NCBI GenBank assembly: GCA_049852185.1
Contig: CP187540.1
Origin: Methanocaldococcus sp. 28A
GTDB taxonomy: Archaea; AGJL01; Methanococci; Methanococcales; Methanocaldococcaceae
Length of the DNA: 64,000 nucleotides
Reading direction: 5' to 3' (one strand)
Part shown: positions 10,783 through 22,274 of the stretch, one piece after another
Layout of the letters: the number at the start of each line of letters is the position of its first letter
Numbering within the stretch: position 1 is the first letter of the stretch
Translations under genes and position numbers: made by a program
The notes under the pieces: generated by a model
Database searches by the model: none
Seen by the model: the letters and a program-made list of their open reading frames with translations, nothing else
What the model was told of the DNA's origin: nothing

Positions 10783-11430
10783 ATGAATGAAAAATATATA
10801 GATAACATCTTAAAATGGGAAAATGAAAAGAATATAATAATTTCTGCAAGTAAAATAAAAGACGATAATTTTAACAAATTTTATAATTGTGTCATTAAAT
10901 CTACTATTCAAGATGTTAAAAAATGTAAAAATACTACAAAAAATAAGGATTTGCATAAGATTATAGACAAAATAGGGTTGGATAATGATAAATTAGAGAA
11001 TTTTAAAGAATTCGTAGAATTATTAAAATTTTTTCATGAAAAATCAGGGATATATTCAACTAAATGGATGGATATGGTTTTAGAGATTAATAGTGATAAT
11101 GTTGCTGATGTTATTAGATATGCGAAGATTTTGGCATTTGAATTTGGAAATATTCCTTCATCAAAATTTAGAAAGTTTTATGACTATGTGCTAAAAGTTT
11201 ATGAAAATAAGGATAAAAATAATTGGTATGTTGAGTTATATGGATTAAAATTATTTATTGCATACAATATTGGAAAAGAAACTGGAAAAGATAAAAAAGA
11301 AGCATTAAGAAAATTTTCTAAAATTTTTGAAAAATTAATAGACAAAATTGATGGGAATGAAGAAAAATTCACTAATTTTAAAAAATTTTTTGAAGCAGTT
11401 GTAGCTTATCATAGGGCATATAACGATTAA
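10783..11430 (+). CDS. csm2: Csm2 (Cas11) with N-terminal extension
   Basis: SKFRKFY and terminal FFEAVVAYHR; position after cas10. Confidence 0.85.
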   Translation: MNEKYIDNILKWENEKNIIISASKIKDDNFNKFYNCVIKSTIQDVKKCKNTTKNKDLHKIIDKIGLDNDKLENFKEFVELLKFFHEKSGIYSTKWMDMVLEINSDNVADVIRYAKILAFEFGNIPSSKFRKFYDYVLKVYENKDKNNWYVELYGLKLFIAYNIGKETGKDKKEALRKFSKIFEKLIDKIDGNEEKFTNFKKFFEAVVAYHRAYND

Positions 11431-11457
11431 ATTTTAACACATAATTGAGGTGAAAAT

Positions 11458-12564
11458 ATGGAACTTCCTACCTTAAAAGGAAAATTAATAATTTCAGGAT
11501 ATATAAAAACTGAGACAGGACTACGTATTGGGGGAATCTCAGAAACTCTAAAAATTGGAGGAGTAGATATTCAAGTTATTAAAGATTCTTTAGGTAGAGC
11601 ATATATTCCAGGTAGTTCTTTGAAAGGAAAAATTAGAAGTTTATTAGAAATTACAGAAGGGAATTATACTATAGACATACAATTAAAAAAAGATATCAAT
11701 AAAAATACAAATGTTGAAATAACCATAAAAAATGACGAAATTGAGAAGAAAAATGATGAAATTAAAAGGAAAGTAGTTATTACATCGAAATTTAATTCAA
11801 AGGATAAAAAGGATAATTCACTGAATTTTATAAAAAATGAAGAGATGAACAAACTTTGGGACATCCTTAAAGAATATGGTTTTGAAAAAACTACAGAAGA
11901 TTCTAAAGAAGATTCTAATAAAGTAACTTTTGAGAGAGAATGGGATAAGAATATTATAGAAGATTTAGAAAAGATAATAGATAAATTGAAAAAAAATAAT
12001 TTTAATGTAGAGAAAAAATCGGCTATGCCTTGTAGTTGTGGATTTTGTGAAATTTGTAAATTATTTGGACCTCATAACTCAAAAAATATCATATATCCAA
12101 GAAGAGTTATAGTTAGAGATGCATTTTTAATAAATGAGAAAACTAACGAACCTTTAACAAAAAAAGATGAAGATTATTTTGAAGTGAAGCCAGAAAATGT
12201 TATCGACAGGATAAAAGGAACTGCTCAACATCCAAGACAAATTGAAAGAGTTAGAAAAGATAGTAAATTTGGTTTTGAAGTTATTTTTAATTTATATGAT
12301 GGAGAGAAGGATATTAATTTAATTAAAAAATTAATTGAAGGTATGAAACTTTTAGAAGATGATTATTTAGGGGGTTGTGGTTCAAGAGGTTATGGAAAAA
12401 TTAAGTTTGATAAAATGAATGTTATATACAAACCTATTGAGTATTATGAAGGAAATATTTCTCAAGAAGATGTAAATAATTATAAAAAGAATAATATTGG
12501 AACATTAGAGGATTTACAAAATGAAATTGAAGGGTTGTTAAAAAAAGAACCTAAACAGGGATAA
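11458..12564 (+). CDS. csm3: Csm3 RAMP (Cas7) with large insertion
   Basis: TGLRIGG..IGGVD, YIPGSSLKGK.R, CSCGFCEICKLFG, LGGCGSRGYG. Confidence 0.93.
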   Translation: MELPTLKGKLIISGYIKTETGLRIGGISETLKIGGVDIQVIKDSLGRAYIPGSSLKGKIRSLLEITEGNYTIDIQLKKDINKNTNVEITIKNDEIEKKNDEIKRKVVITSKFNSKDKKDNSLNFIKNEEMNKLWDILKEYGFEKTTEDSKEDSNKVTFEREWDKNIIEDLEKIIDKLKKNNFNVEKKSAMPCSCGFCEICKLFGPHNSKNIIYPRRVIVRDAFLINEKTNEPLTKKDEDYFEVKPENVIDRIKGTAQHPRQIERVRKDSKFGFEVIFNLYDGEKDINLIKKLIEGMKLLEDDYLGGCGSRGYGKIKFDKMNVIYKPIEYYEGNISQEDVNNYKKNNIGTLEDLQNEIEGLLKKEPKQG

Positions 12565-12565
12565 A

Positions 12566-13648
12566 ATGAATAGGTTAATAGTAAAACTAATTCCTGGTGA
12601 AAACGATAAATATCACTTTGGGGAGGGATATTTAACAGATTCAAATATAATTTTTCATTCACATAGTTTATTCTCTGCAATTATAAACAATTTTATTAAA
12701 ATTTATGGTGAAGAAGAATTAATCAAAATAATAGACGATATTAAAAATATTAAACTTTCCTCATTATTGCCAGCAATATATAAGGTAGTAAATGGAGAAA
12801 TAGAGGATTTTATATATTTCCTTCCAAAGCCTGCAACATTCTTAGGATTTGATAAAGAAGAACAAAAAAAAGTTGATAAAAAACCAAAAGACATAAAAAA
12901 AGTTCAATTTATCTCTGTAAATGCTCTAAAATCCCACAATAAAAAAGAATTAAAGAAATTAATATTAGGAAAAAAGTTTTTAGTTGAAAAAAATGAATAT
13001 GAAGAAATTAAAAATTATGGAAATCCAAAGAATATAAATTTATTTGAATCATTTATTGAGCAAAAAGTAGCTATTGATAGAATAAAGCAAATTACATTGG
13101 AAGAGGGTAAAGGACAGTTGTATAGTGTTGGCTATATAAAGCCATTAGTTAGTATTGAAAATAACAATGGCATAATTTCTGGATTTTACTTTCTTTTAGA
13201 GTTTGATAAAAATAATAAATCAATAAATAAGATTAAAAGCGCCATAAAATTAATAGAAGATGAAGGCTTGGGTGGAGAAAGAAGCACAGGCGCAGGATTA
13301 TTTAAAAAAATTATTATAGGGGAACTTCCAAAAAATTTTGAAGAATTATTTAAAAATAAAGATAAAATAGAAACAAATATGGCTATTTCTATAACAATAC
13401 CAAAAAATGAGCATGAATTTGAGAAAATTGTCTCTTATCAATTAATGAAAATTGGGGGTTATGTATATTCTCCATATACTTTAACTAAGGCAAAAAAGTA
13501 TATTTATGCTATAAAAGAGGGAGCAATAATCAGAGGAGAGATTGAAGGTAAAACAGAGAATCTTAGCCCAAAAAATTATAAGCATGAGGTTTTAGTAAAT
13601 GGAAAACCGATATTAATTCCTACTAAATATTATGATAATGGGGGATAA
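12566..13648 (+). CDS. csm4: Csm4 RAMP (Cas5)
   Basis: HFG..L..S..IFHS.SLFSA, GLGGERSTGAG. Confidence 0.9.
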   Translation: MNRLIVKLIPGENDKYHFGEGYLTDSNIIFHSHSLFSAIINNFIKIYGEEELIKIIDDIKNIKLSSLLPAIYKVVNGEIEDFIYFLPKPATFLGFDKEEQKKVDKKPKDIKKVQFISVNALKSHNKKELKKLILGKKFLVEKNEYEEIKNYGNPKNINLFESFIEQKVAIDRIKQITLEEGKGQLYSVGYIKPLVSIENNNGIISGFYFLLEFDKNNKSINKIKSAIKLIEDEGLGGERSTGAGLFKKIIIGELPKNFEELFKNKDKIETNMAISITIPKNEHEFEKIVSYQLMKIGGYVYSPYTLTKAKKYIYAIKEGAIIRGEIEGKTENLSPKNYKHEVLVNGKPILIPTKYYDNGG

Positions 13649-13650
13649 TA

Positions 13651-14772
13651 ATGGAGACAAAAAATTTAACAATTGAAACTCTCTCACCAGTTTTTATTGG
13701 GAATGGAGAGGTTTATTCGAAGTTTGATTATACTTCTAAATTCACAAACGGCGATGTGATAATTACTATCTACGATGAAGATAAAATAATCAACGACTTA
13801 CCGACATATTTTAATGAAGATGAAATATTTCAAATATTAGATGAAATTAAGAAAGAATTAAAGGAAAATCAAAATTTTGAGATTGTAACATACTTAAAAG
13901 GAAAAAATAAAAAGATTCTTTTTAAAAACTATAAAATTAAAGAATACCGTACAAAAATTAGACAACTATTATCTAAAAAAGATATATTACAATTTGTTCA
14001 TCAAAATTTCATGCCATATATTCCTGGAAGTTCAATAAAAGGGGCAATTAATACTGCTTTATTATATAATAAGCTAAAAAATTTTAGTAAGGAGGATTTT
14101 GAAAACTTAATTAAGTCAGATTCTTTAACTCCTAATAAAAAATATAATAATGAACTAATCAATGTCTCTAATTATAATGAAAGATACTATATTTTTGATA
14201 GCTTTTTTAATGAGAATATGTTAGACCTTTTTATGGCTCAAAGGTTCTATGTGTATCATATAAATAAAAATAAAATAGGAACTTTTAATAAAAATGCAAC
14301 AAACTATATTGAAGGCATAAAACCATATCAAAAGATTGAATTAGAAATTAAATGTTCCAATGAAAAGTTTGATGAAATTAAAAATTCCTGTAATGAATTG
14401 TCTTTAAAAATTTGTGAATGGGAATTAGAAATGTTGAATAAATATAAAAATTTCTGGAAAGATGATAAAGTTTATAAAGATTTGACAAATTTCTACATTA
14501 AATTAAAAAAAGATATTGAAAATAATTCCAATAATACAATATTTATTAACATAGGATGGGGAGGGGGCTGTTTACCTAAAACCATCTATATTCTATCAAA
14601 AGAAAAGAAAATTGATTTTAATTTACTAAAGAGTAAATTAAATACTAAATATAAAAATAAAATAACCTCATATGAAGAATTTCCATTTACAAGAACAATT
14701 ACAAAATACTACAATCCAAAAGAAAGGAAATTAAAAAATTATCCATTAGGTTGGATAAAAATTGAGGGATAA
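13651..14772 (+). CDS. csm5: Csm5 RAMP
   Basis: TLSPVFIGNG, PYIPGSSIKGA, IGWGGG, PLGWI. Confidence 0.9.
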   Translation: METKNLTIETLSPVFIGNGEVYSKFDYTSKFTNGDVIITIYDEDKIINDLPTYFNEDEIFQILDEIKKELKENQNFEIVTYLKGKNKKILFKNYKIKEYRTKIRQLLSKKDILQFVHQNFMPYIPGSSIKGAINTALLYNKLKNFSKEDFENLIKSDSLTPNKKYNNELINVSNYNERYYIFDSFFNENMLDLFMAQRFYVYHINKNKIGTFNKNATNYIEGIKPYQKIELEIKCSNEKFDEIKNSCNELSLKICEWELEMLNKYKNFWKDDKVYKDLTNFYIKLKKDIENNSNNTIFINIGWGGGCLPKTIYILSKEKKIDFNLLKSKLNTKYKNKITSYEEFPFTRTITKYYNPKERKLKNYPLGWIKIEG

Positions 14773-14773
14773 A

Positions 14774-16150
14774 ATGGAAAGGAAAGTTTTATTTTTAGCA
14801 AATGTTGGAAATAGTGATTTAGGAAAGGATGAAAAATCAATATTTAATCCAAGAGAACATAATATATTTGAAGAAAGCAAAAAATTATATGAAAGTGGGG
14901 AATTTTATCACTTAGAGCCAATATTATTAAAAAAGAAAATAGAAATGCTCAATAATCCAATAAATGATTTAGAGATAGTTCTATTTGCCACACTCCAAGA
15001 AGATGAAAATCCACAAGACACATATTATATTGCAAAGATTATAAAAGAACTTATATCTAAAGAGTATCCAAATCTAAAAGATAAAATAAAAATTGAAAAA
15101 GTTTCACGAAATCCATCTGATTATAATGAAATGATTGAATACTATGCTAAAAAACTTAACAGTTTTGATGATAACTACTATAGAGTGTATTTAGGTATTA
15201 CTGGAGGAACTCCAGCACAGATTAGTAGTTTGATTATAAATGGTGTATTGAAATGGGAAGAAAAAACAAGAACTTTATATAAACCAAGAGGAAAAGAACC
15301 TAAAGAAGATAAAATTGGAGAAAAAATATTCAAAATCTTAAAATCCAAAGAATTTGAAGCTTTAAAAAAATCTTATTTATATGATTTAGCTGCAGAATTA
15401 ATGAAAAAGTATGAATTATCAGAGAATTGGAAATGTGAATATCATTACCTAAAAGGTTTGCACCATAAAAAGCTATTTAACTTTAAAAGAGCTATTGATG
15501 AATTTAATCATGCTTTAAAATATGCAGGTTTAGAAGATGAAAATAGAATTCTTAATGAACTCAATAAATTAGAAAAATTATTAGAAGAACCTAAAGATTT
15601 AGATGATAGAATAGAGAAATATCCTTTATTAATTGATTTACTAATAGATAACGCCATTATGAAATGGGAAAGCGGAGAATATGTTGATTTTGTTGGAAGA
15701 ATTTTTAGAATTAGGGAGGCATTATTAAGATACATATTTGAAAAAGAATTTAGGATATCAACAGAACCTACAAAAATAAAAGAATATGGAAAATTAATTA
15801 ATAAATATGTAGAGTTTGAGAAATTTTTAGATGAAAATCCTAAATTGGTGGAATATTTAAAAGGAAATGGATGGAATGAAAGGAAAGAGATTAATTTGAA
15901 GGTGTTAAGATGGATTTATGAATATTACTTACAGAGTAATAAAGCTTTTGCAAAAAAATATGGGTTCATTAAAGGGTTTGATGACAAATTAGAAAAATTA
16001 TCCGAATTAAGAAATAAATCAATAATTGCTCATGGATTTGAAGGAATATCTAAAGAGGATATTGTTAAGTTGTATAATAAAAATAAGAATAATGAAAATG
16101 AAATAATTGAAGATTTAAACAAATTAAAGAATTTAATATCTAAGTGGTAA
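14774..16150 (+). CDS. CARF-HEPN CRISPR effector (Csx1/Csm6-like) 1
   Basis: Rossmann-like N-terminus (ANVGNSD, GITGGTPAQ), helical middle, HEPN motif RNKSIIAHG; ATG 14774 behind GAGGG. Confidence 0.8.
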   Translation: MERKVLFLANVGNSDLGKDEKSIFNPREHNIFEESKKLYESGEFYHLEPILLKKKIEMLNNPINDLEIVLFATLQEDENPQDTYYIAKIIKELISKEYPNLKDKIKIEKVSRNPSDYNEMIEYYAKKLNSFDDNYYRVYLGITGGTPAQISSLIINGVLKWEEKTRTLYKPRGKEPKEDKIGEKIFKILKSKEFEALKKSYLYDLAAELMKKYELSENWKCEYHYLKGLHHKKLFNFKRAIDEFNHALKYAGLEDENRILNELNKLEKLLEEPKDLDDRIEKYPLLIDLLIDNAIMKWESGEYVDFVGRIFRIREALLRYIFEKEFRISTEPTKIKEYGKLINKYVEFEKFLDENPKLVEYLKGNGWNERKEINLKVLRWIYEYYLQSNKAFAKKYGFIKGFDDKLEKLSELRNKSIIAHGFEGISKEDIVKLYNKNKNNENEIIEDLNKLKNLISKW

Positions 16151-16152
16151 AT

Positions 16153-17688
16153 ATGAAAGTAGCATTAATTTGTACTTTGGGAAATAGAGATATTCAATTT
16201 AAAAAAGAGTATAAAGAGGAATTAAAAGAAATATTGAAGGATATAATTGACTATGAGAGTAAAGACAGCGACTCTGTAGGATTTACTATTAAAAGAGATA
16301 ATTTTTTAAAAAATACAAAAATGATATTAGATAATTATGAAAAAGTAAAAAAATACTTTATACTCCCAATTATTGATACAGCTATAAATTATATTCAAAG
16401 TGAATTAAATGGAAACTTAAAAAAAATTATATTAGTTCCAACAAATCAGCAAGATGAAAAAGATGTTAAAGATAACCACAAAAAGAGTGATACATTTAAT
16501 GAAGCAAAGATTATTGAAAAACTTTCAAAAGAAAAAGGCTTTCAAGTTGAAATAAAAGAAGCCAAATTTAATGCATCAAAAGTAGAAAATTGGTTTAATC
16601 TCTTTATTAATATTCTTAATGATAACTACGATAAGTTTGATAAGTTAGTATTTAGTATTAGTCCAGGAGTCCCACAAAGTAGGGAAGGAGTAAGGTTAGC
16701 AACATTATTTAAAGATAAATGTGAGGTTATAGAGATCAGTGGGGGAAGAGTTACTTCTGATAATATGAAATCATATGAAAAACAGATTATCAAAGAAAAA
16801 ATAAAAGATTTGATTAAAAATTATAATTACACAGGTGCTTTAGAGTTTAATAATTATCTAACAGAAGAAATTATAAATACTCTTAAATATTTAAACTATC
16901 GTTTAAATTTTAACTTTGAAAGTGCTAATAAAATAGCAAATAATAACAAAATCGTTAAAAAATATAATAGTATGTTAGAAAATATAAAGAATGAGAAAAA
17001 TACAATAAAAAAATTAGAATATCTAATTTTAGAACTTTTAGACAATATGGAGATTGAATTAAAAAAAGAGGAATACACAAACTTTTTAGCAAGAGTTTAT
17101 AGGTTGGAAGAGGCTGTAGGACAATATTTAGTTTTGAAATATTTAAAGGAAAATGATTATACAATAAAATATAAATATAATAAATATAATAAAGAAAAAT
17201 CTTTCAAAAGAAAATCTGATGAGATAGATATTGAAAACGATGTAGGAATTAATAAAATATTATCCTGCTATTTTAATAGAATATTAAAAACATGCTATGA
17301 TGACAAAGAAATCGAGTTACAGAAAAAACTAAAATTAATTATAGACAAAAATAACAAAAAATACAAATTTACAGATAACTTAAATACAAACAATTATAAA
17401 GACCTAATTAATATTTTATGTAATAAATATGAAAATGAATTAGTTGAATCAATATCTAAAATCTATAAAAAACCTAATAATAGAAATTTAAGACATACAA
17501 CAATAGTTGCTCATGGATTTAGAGGAGTTTCAAAAGAGGATATTGAAGATGGTTTAAATAAAGATATTAATGACTTTTTTAAAGAAGAAGTTAAAAATAG
17601 AATCTATAATATTATTGGAAAAGATTTAGAAGAAAATATTTTTAACAAAATAAATCATGAAATTATAGATATTTTAAATAAAACTTGA
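16153..17688 (+). CDS. CARF-HEPN CRISPR effector (Csx1/Csm6-like) 2
   Basis: [20 protein letters not shown]-like RHTTIVAHG; same architecture as the upstream gene. Confidence 0.75.
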   Translation: MKVALICTLGNRDIQFKKEYKEELKEILKDIIDYESKDSDSVGFTIKRDNFLKNTKMILDNYEKVKKYFILPIIDTAINYIQSELNGNLKKIILVPTNQQDEKDVKDNHKKSDTFNEAKIIEKLSKEKGFQVEIKEAKFNASKVENWFNLFINILNDNYDKFDKLVFSISPGVPQSREGVRLATLFKDKCEVIEISGGRVTSDNMKSYEKQIIKEKIKDLIKNYNYTGALEFNNYLTEEIINTLKYLNYRLNFNFESANKIANNNKIVKKYNSMLENIKNEKNTIKKLEYLILELLDNMEIELKKEEYTNFLARVYRLEEAVGQYLVLKYLKENDYTIKYKYNKYNKEKSFKRKSDEIDIENDVGINKILSCYFNRILKTCYDDKEIELQKKLKLIIDKNNKKYKFTDNLNTNNYKDLINILCNKYENELVESISKIYKKPNNRNLRHTTIVAHGFRGVSKEDIEDGLNKDINDFFKEEVKNRIYNIIGKDLEENIFNKINHEIIDILNKT

Positions 17689-17695
17689 AAATGTA

Positions 17696-19081
17696 GTGAT
17701 AAACATGTTCAGACCAGAAGAAATTATAGAAACAATTAAAATGATTAAGATGGAAAACTTAGATTTAAGGACTGTAACATTAGGAATAAGCTTAAGAGAC
17801 TGTGTTTCAAAAGATTTAGATGAGTTGAAAGAAAATATATACAACAAAATAACTTCTTCAGCTGAAAATTTGGTAGAAACTGCCAATAAAATTTCAGAAA
17901 AATATGGAATTCCAATAGTAAATAAAAGGATAGCTGTTACACCAATATCATTAGTTATTGGAGGAACTATAAGAGATTTAGATAAAGAAGAAAAGATAAA
18001 AGCTTGTGTTGAGGTTGGAGAGGTTTTAGATAAAGCTGCTAAGAAAGTTAAAGTGGATTTTTTAGGAGGATATTCAGCTTTAGTTCATAAGGATGAAACA
18101 AAAGAGGATATTGCCTTAATTGACTCTATCCCATTTATGATGGAGAAGACAGAGAGAGTTTGCTCTTCAGTAAATGTTGCGTCAACAAAAACTGGAATTA
18201 ATATGGATGCAGTTAAAAGAATGGGAGAGATTATTAAAGAGACAGCATTTAGAACAGAAAAAGCAATAGGATGTGCTAAGCTTGTGGTTTTTGCCAACGC
18301 TCCTGAAGACAACCCATTCATGGCTGGGGCATTCCATGGAGTTGGTGAAGGAGATAAGGTTATAAATGTTGGAGTTTCAGGTCCGGGAGTTGTTAGAGCA
18401 GTTGTTGAAAAACTACCAGATGCAGATTTTGGAACTTTAGCAAATGAAATTAAAAAAGTGGCATTTAAAATAACCAGAGTTGGAGAATTGGTTGGAAGGG
18501 AAGTTTCTAAGGAGTTGGGAGTTAAATTTGGGGTTGTAGATTTATCTTTAGCTCCAACTCCTGCAAGAGGGGATAGCATAGCTAACATCTTAGAAGCAAT
18601 GGGCTTAGAGAAGTGTGGAACACATGGTTCAACAGCTGCTTTGGCTTTATTAAATGATGCTGTTAAAAAAGGAGGGGCAATGGCTGCAAGTTATGTTGGA
18701 GGATTGAGTGGAGCATTCATCCCAGTAAGTGAAGATAGTGGAATGGTTGATGCTGTAAAGGCAGGAGCATTAAGTTTAGAAAAATTAGAGGCAATGACTT
18801 GTGTTTGCTCAGTAGGAATAGATATGGTTGCCATTCCAGGAGATACTCCTGCATCAACAATTTCTGCAATAATAGCAGATGAAATGGCTATTGGTGTTAT
18901 AAACAATAAAACCACTGCTGTAAGAATCATTCCAGTTCCAGGTAAAAAAGAGGGAGAAGAGGTAGATTATGGAGGTTTGTTAGGGAGAGCTCCAATTATG
19001 AAAGTTAGTAAATATTCATCTGAGAAGTTTATTAAGAGAGGTGGGAGAATTCCAGCACCATTGCAGGCACTAACTAACTAA
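17696..19081 (+). CDS. UPF0210/DUF711 (PFL-like) protein
   Basis: [44 protein letters not shown]. Confidence 0.9.
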   Translation: MINMFRPEEIIETIKMIKMENLDLRTVTLGISLRDCVSKDLDELKENIYNKITSSAENLVETANKISEKYGIPIVNKRIAVTPISLVIGGTIRDLDKEEKIKACVEVGEVLDKAAKKVKVDFLGGYSALVHKDETKEDIALIDSIPFMMEKTERVCSSVNVASTKTGINMDAVKRMGEIIKETAFRTEKAIGCAKLVVFANAPEDNPFMAGAFHGVGEGDKVINVGVSGPGVVRAVVEKLPDADFGTLANEIKKVAFKITRVGELVGREVSKELGVKFGVVDLSLAPTPARGDSIANILEAMGLEKCGTHGSTAALALLNDAVKKGGAMAASYVGGLSGAFIPVSEDSGMVDAVKAGALSLEKLEAMTCVCSVGIDMVAIPGDTPASTISAIIADEMAIGVINNKTTAVRIIPVPGKKEGEEVDYGGLLGRAPIMKVSKYSSEKFIKRGGRIPAPLQALTN

Positions 19082-19119
19082 AATACTTAGTAAATTTAAT
19101 TAGAAATTTATTTTTGAAA

Positions 19120-19803
19120 TTAATTTATTCCAAAAATCTCTTTTAACTCTTTAAAAATCTTATTTTTCTCTTTTTCAATTAGTTTATCAAGTATATAAAT
19201 GTTGTATTCTTCAAAGATGTCTTCTTTCTTTATATTTCCATAAAACTCTTTTGTAGATGCTAAGATACCAAAGTTTATATCCAACATTTTCATAATCCCA
19301 TAGAGTTTTAGAATAGCATTTGAGTTTATATATCTGTTTTTGCACTCAAAAATAAATTTTTTATTAAAAATATCAACAAATAAATCTATTTCTGTAAAAG
19401 CTTCTCCTTTGTAGCTAACGTTTAGATTTCTAATAACTCTTCCATCTATTCCATTTTCATCAAAAAACTCCATAAGCATATAATACACAAACAGCTCAAA
19501 TAAGGTTCCAGTATCTAAGGAGCAGAAATCTTTAAAATCTTTCTTTATTTTATCTATGAGTTCTAAAAAATAGATATCGTTTTCTTTGATTCTCTTAGAA
19601 ATCTTCTTGTATTTACCATTATCTTTAGCCTCTGGTAATTTAAAATTATTTTCTAAAATAGCCTTTCTATATCTGATTTTTGATAAGGCTAAGTTAAATA
19701 AATTGTTAATGCTGTTTTTATCATCACAAGAAAAACCTACAAGGTTGTATTTTCCAAAGTTTATTTTAACCTCTTTTTCATTCTTTAATCTTAATTTATT
19801 CAT
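19120..19803 (-). CDS. PD-(D/E)XK restriction-endonuclease-like protein
   Basis: FELFVY...EIDLFV...IFECK pattern. Confidence 0.65.
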   Translation of the reverse strand: MNKLRLKNEKEVKINFGKYNLVGFSCDDKNSINNLFNLALSKIRYRKAILENNFKLPEAKDNGKYKKISKRIKENDIYFLELIDKIKKDFKDFCSLDTGTLFELFVYYMLMEFFDENGIDGRVIRNLNVSYKGEAFTEIDLFVDIFNKKFIFECKNRYINSNAILKLYGIMKMLDINFGILASTKEFYGNIKKEDIFEEYNIYILDKLIEKEKNKIFKELKEIFGIN

Positions 19804-20410
19804 TGTTCATCAACTCTTCTATTGTATTTATGTTTTTAAAGATTTTTTTAGTTTTATCTAACTTTTCAGCTTTTATATATAGGGGGTTTAGGTGGGATAT
19901 AAAATATCTAATCGATAAGTTTTTATCCTCCATAATAATTTTATTTAAAATATTTAGGGAATCTCTCTTATACAATGCAAATAGTGGCTCTATATATCCA
20001 TTTTCATGTTTTGGAATTATACAGAGATTGTTGTTTCTTTCAGCTATTTCTATATAAGATATTAACTTTTCTAAAGCTTCTTTTGTTATATAAGGGCAAT
20101 CACACGGCAAAACAATAAACCACTTAGCATTTAAAGCTCTCATCCCACACAAAATTCCCATTAATGGACCTTTATTTTCAATCAAATCAAAAGATATTAA
20201 GCATTTATATTTAATTAAATATTCTCTCTCTATATATAAATCAATAGAATTTTTTGCAAAAACAGTAACAAAAGGAATGTTTAGAGTCTTTAAAACATCT
20301 GAGGGATAATTTATAAGATATTTTCCATTAAAAACTCTAAAGGGTTTCTTTCCACCAATCCTTTTTCCTTTCCCACCTGATAAAATTATGCCACCAATGA
20401 TAATTACCAC
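19796..20410 (-). CDS. mobA: Molybdenum cofactor guanylyltransferase
   Basis: LSGGKGKRIG.KK, GPLMG, PCDCP, EPLFALY, NINT. Confidence 0.9.
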   Translation of the reverse strand: MVIIIGGIILSGGKGKRIGGKKPFRVFNGKYLINYPSDVLKTLNIPFVTVFAKNSIDLYIEREYLIKYKCLISFDLIENKGPLMGILCGMRALNAKWFIVLPCDCPYITKEALEKLISYIEIAERNNNLCIIPKHENGYIEPLFALYKRDSLNILNKIIMEDKNLSIRYFISHLNPLYIKAEKLDKTKKIFKNINTIEELMNNE

Positions 20411-20478
20411 CTAAAACCTAAAACTTTTGCTAAGTTTATAAGCTATTAGAATATTTATAATTTAACCACCTATTTGAC

Positions 20479-20595
20479 TATAGTTGTGTGCAAAACTATC
20501 TTAAATAAAATAAGGTATTAATGAATGCCTTCATCATTATGGAAAGCATTCAAATTATCCTTTTTAAAGTTTATTTTATTTTGCTCACAAATATA
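20479..20595. mobile_element. MITE-like palindromic repeat family A, copy 1
   Basis: TATAGTTGTGTGCAAAA...TTTTGCTCACAAATATA, internal GAATGC..GCATTC hairpin; opposite orientation to the other copies. Confidence 0.85.
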
Positions 20596-20606
20596 ATGGT
20601 GAGAGT

Positions 20607-22274
20607 ATGATTACAGTTAAAGTTAAAAACTTAACTAAAAAATATGGTGATTTCAAAGCATTGGATAATGTTTCATTTGAAGCTAAGAAAGGAGAGATTT
20701 TAGGGATTGTTGGAAAGAGTGGAGCTGGGAAGTCAACACTTATAAGAATTTTGAGAGGTAGCTTAGATTACGATGAAGGAGAAGTTGAAATTTTAGGTAG
20801 AAAAGATAATTTTAAAGAGATTACTGCAATACATTTACAGAGAAACTTTGCACTATGGGCAGAGCCAGTGATAAACAACATAATTAGAAAACTCTATGCA
20901 ATAAGAAACAAATCTGATGAATTATTGCCAATGGAAGAAGAATGGGAAGATTATGAAAAAGATGCACTAAAGATATTAAAATTAGTTGGTTTAGAGCATA
21001 AAAAAGATGCATTTGCAAATATATTGAGTGGTGGGGAAAAACAGAGATTAATTTTAGGAAGACAGATAGCTAAAATTTATGAAAAAGGAGAGGGAGTTTT
21101 ATTATTAGATGAGCCAGCAACAATGGCATGTCCTGCTTCAAAACAAAAGCTTTTAGATGTCATTAAAAACATTAGGGATAAGTTAGGCATAACTGTAATA
21201 ATAACCTCTCATTTACCAGAGATACATAGATATCTTTGTGATAGATTGATTTTATTAGAAAATGGTAAAGTAAAGATGGATGGGGATGTTGAAACTGTCT
21301 TAAATGAATTCTTAAAAGAGATGAAACCTCCATATAAAAGAACTCCAAAAATAAAAGATAACGCAATAATAAAGGTTAGAAATGTTGCTAAGAGATATTA
21401 TGTTGTTCATGGAGGAGAAACATTAAATCTAAAAAATGTCTCATTTGATGTTAAAGAGGGAGAGATTTTATCAATTATTGGACCAAGTGGAGTAGGAAAA
21501 ACAGTAATTATGAGATTAATGGCTGGTTTAGAGTTGCCAGATGAAGGAAAAATAATTGTTGATGGAATTGATATAACCAACTATGGATGGGAGAGAGTAG
21601 AGCTTAGAAAAAGAATTGGAATTATGCATCAAGAATTTTCCCTTCCATACTATCAAACAGTTGAAAATCTATTAAAATATAGGTTGGGACTTAAAGGAGA
21701 GAAAGCTATTGCTCATGCAAAGGCAAAGGCTGAAGAACTTGGCTTATCACCAAAGATTATTGATGCTATCTACCAATTAATAGATGTGCCAGAGTCAGAG
21801 AGAATTTCAAAACTGCAAAAGATGGGATTGACAGAAGAAATTATCTATAAGCTCTTCCCACCAATAGTTGAGAGCTTTGAGCCAGAAGAAATTTTAGAGG
21901 CTTTAGATTTAGGAAAAGACATTTTAAAGAAGAAAATTATTGAGTTAAGTGGAGGACAAAAGGTTAGAGTAGCTATGGCTTTACAATTAATAACAAAGCC
22001 AAAAATTTTGTTTTTAGATGAACCATTTGGTGACTTAGACCCAATAACTTTGAGAGATGTTGCTAACTATTTAAAAATAATCAATGAGAGATTTGGGACT
22101 ACAATAGTTTTAGTTTCACACTGTGTAGAGTTTATTAAGGAGATTAGTGATAGAGCTATACTATTAGATGAAAATAGATTAATTATGGAAGGTAATCCAG
22201 AAGAAGTTTGTGAAGAATTTATAAAGAGAAGTAACGCAAGATTTATGAGGAAAGAATTAGAATGTAAAAGTTAA
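20607..22274 (+). CDS. Dual-domain ABC ATPase, AtwA (MCR component A2)-like
   Basis: Two Walker A motifs (GKSGAGKS, GPSGVGKT), two LSGG and LDEP motifs, no membrane part. Confidence 0.85.
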   Translation: MITVKVKNLTKKYGDFKALDNVSFEAKKGEILGIVGKSGAGKSTLIRILRGSLDYDEGEVEILGRKDNFKEITAIHLQRNFALWAEPVINNIIRKLYAIRNKSDELLPMEEEWEDYEKDALKILKLVGLEHKKDAFANILSGGEKQRLILGRQIAKIYEKGEGVLLLDEPATMACPASKQKLLDVIKNIRDKLGITVIITSHLPEIHRYLCDRLILLENGKVKMDGDVETVLNEFLKEMKPPYKRTPKIKDNAIIKVRNVAKRYYVVHGGETLNLKNVSFDVKEGEILSIIGPSGVGKTVIMRLMAGLELPDEGKIIVDGIDITNYGWERVELRKRIGIMHQEFSLPYYQTVENLLKYRLGLKGEKAIAHAKAKAEELGLSPKIIDAIYQLIDVPESERISKLQKMGLTEEIIYKLFPPIVESFEPEEILEALDLGKDILKKKIIELSGGQKVRVAMALQLITKPKILFLDEPFGDLDPITLRDVANYLKIINERFGTTIVLVSHCVEFIKEISDRAILLDENRLIMEGNPEEVCEEFIKRSNARFMRKELECKS

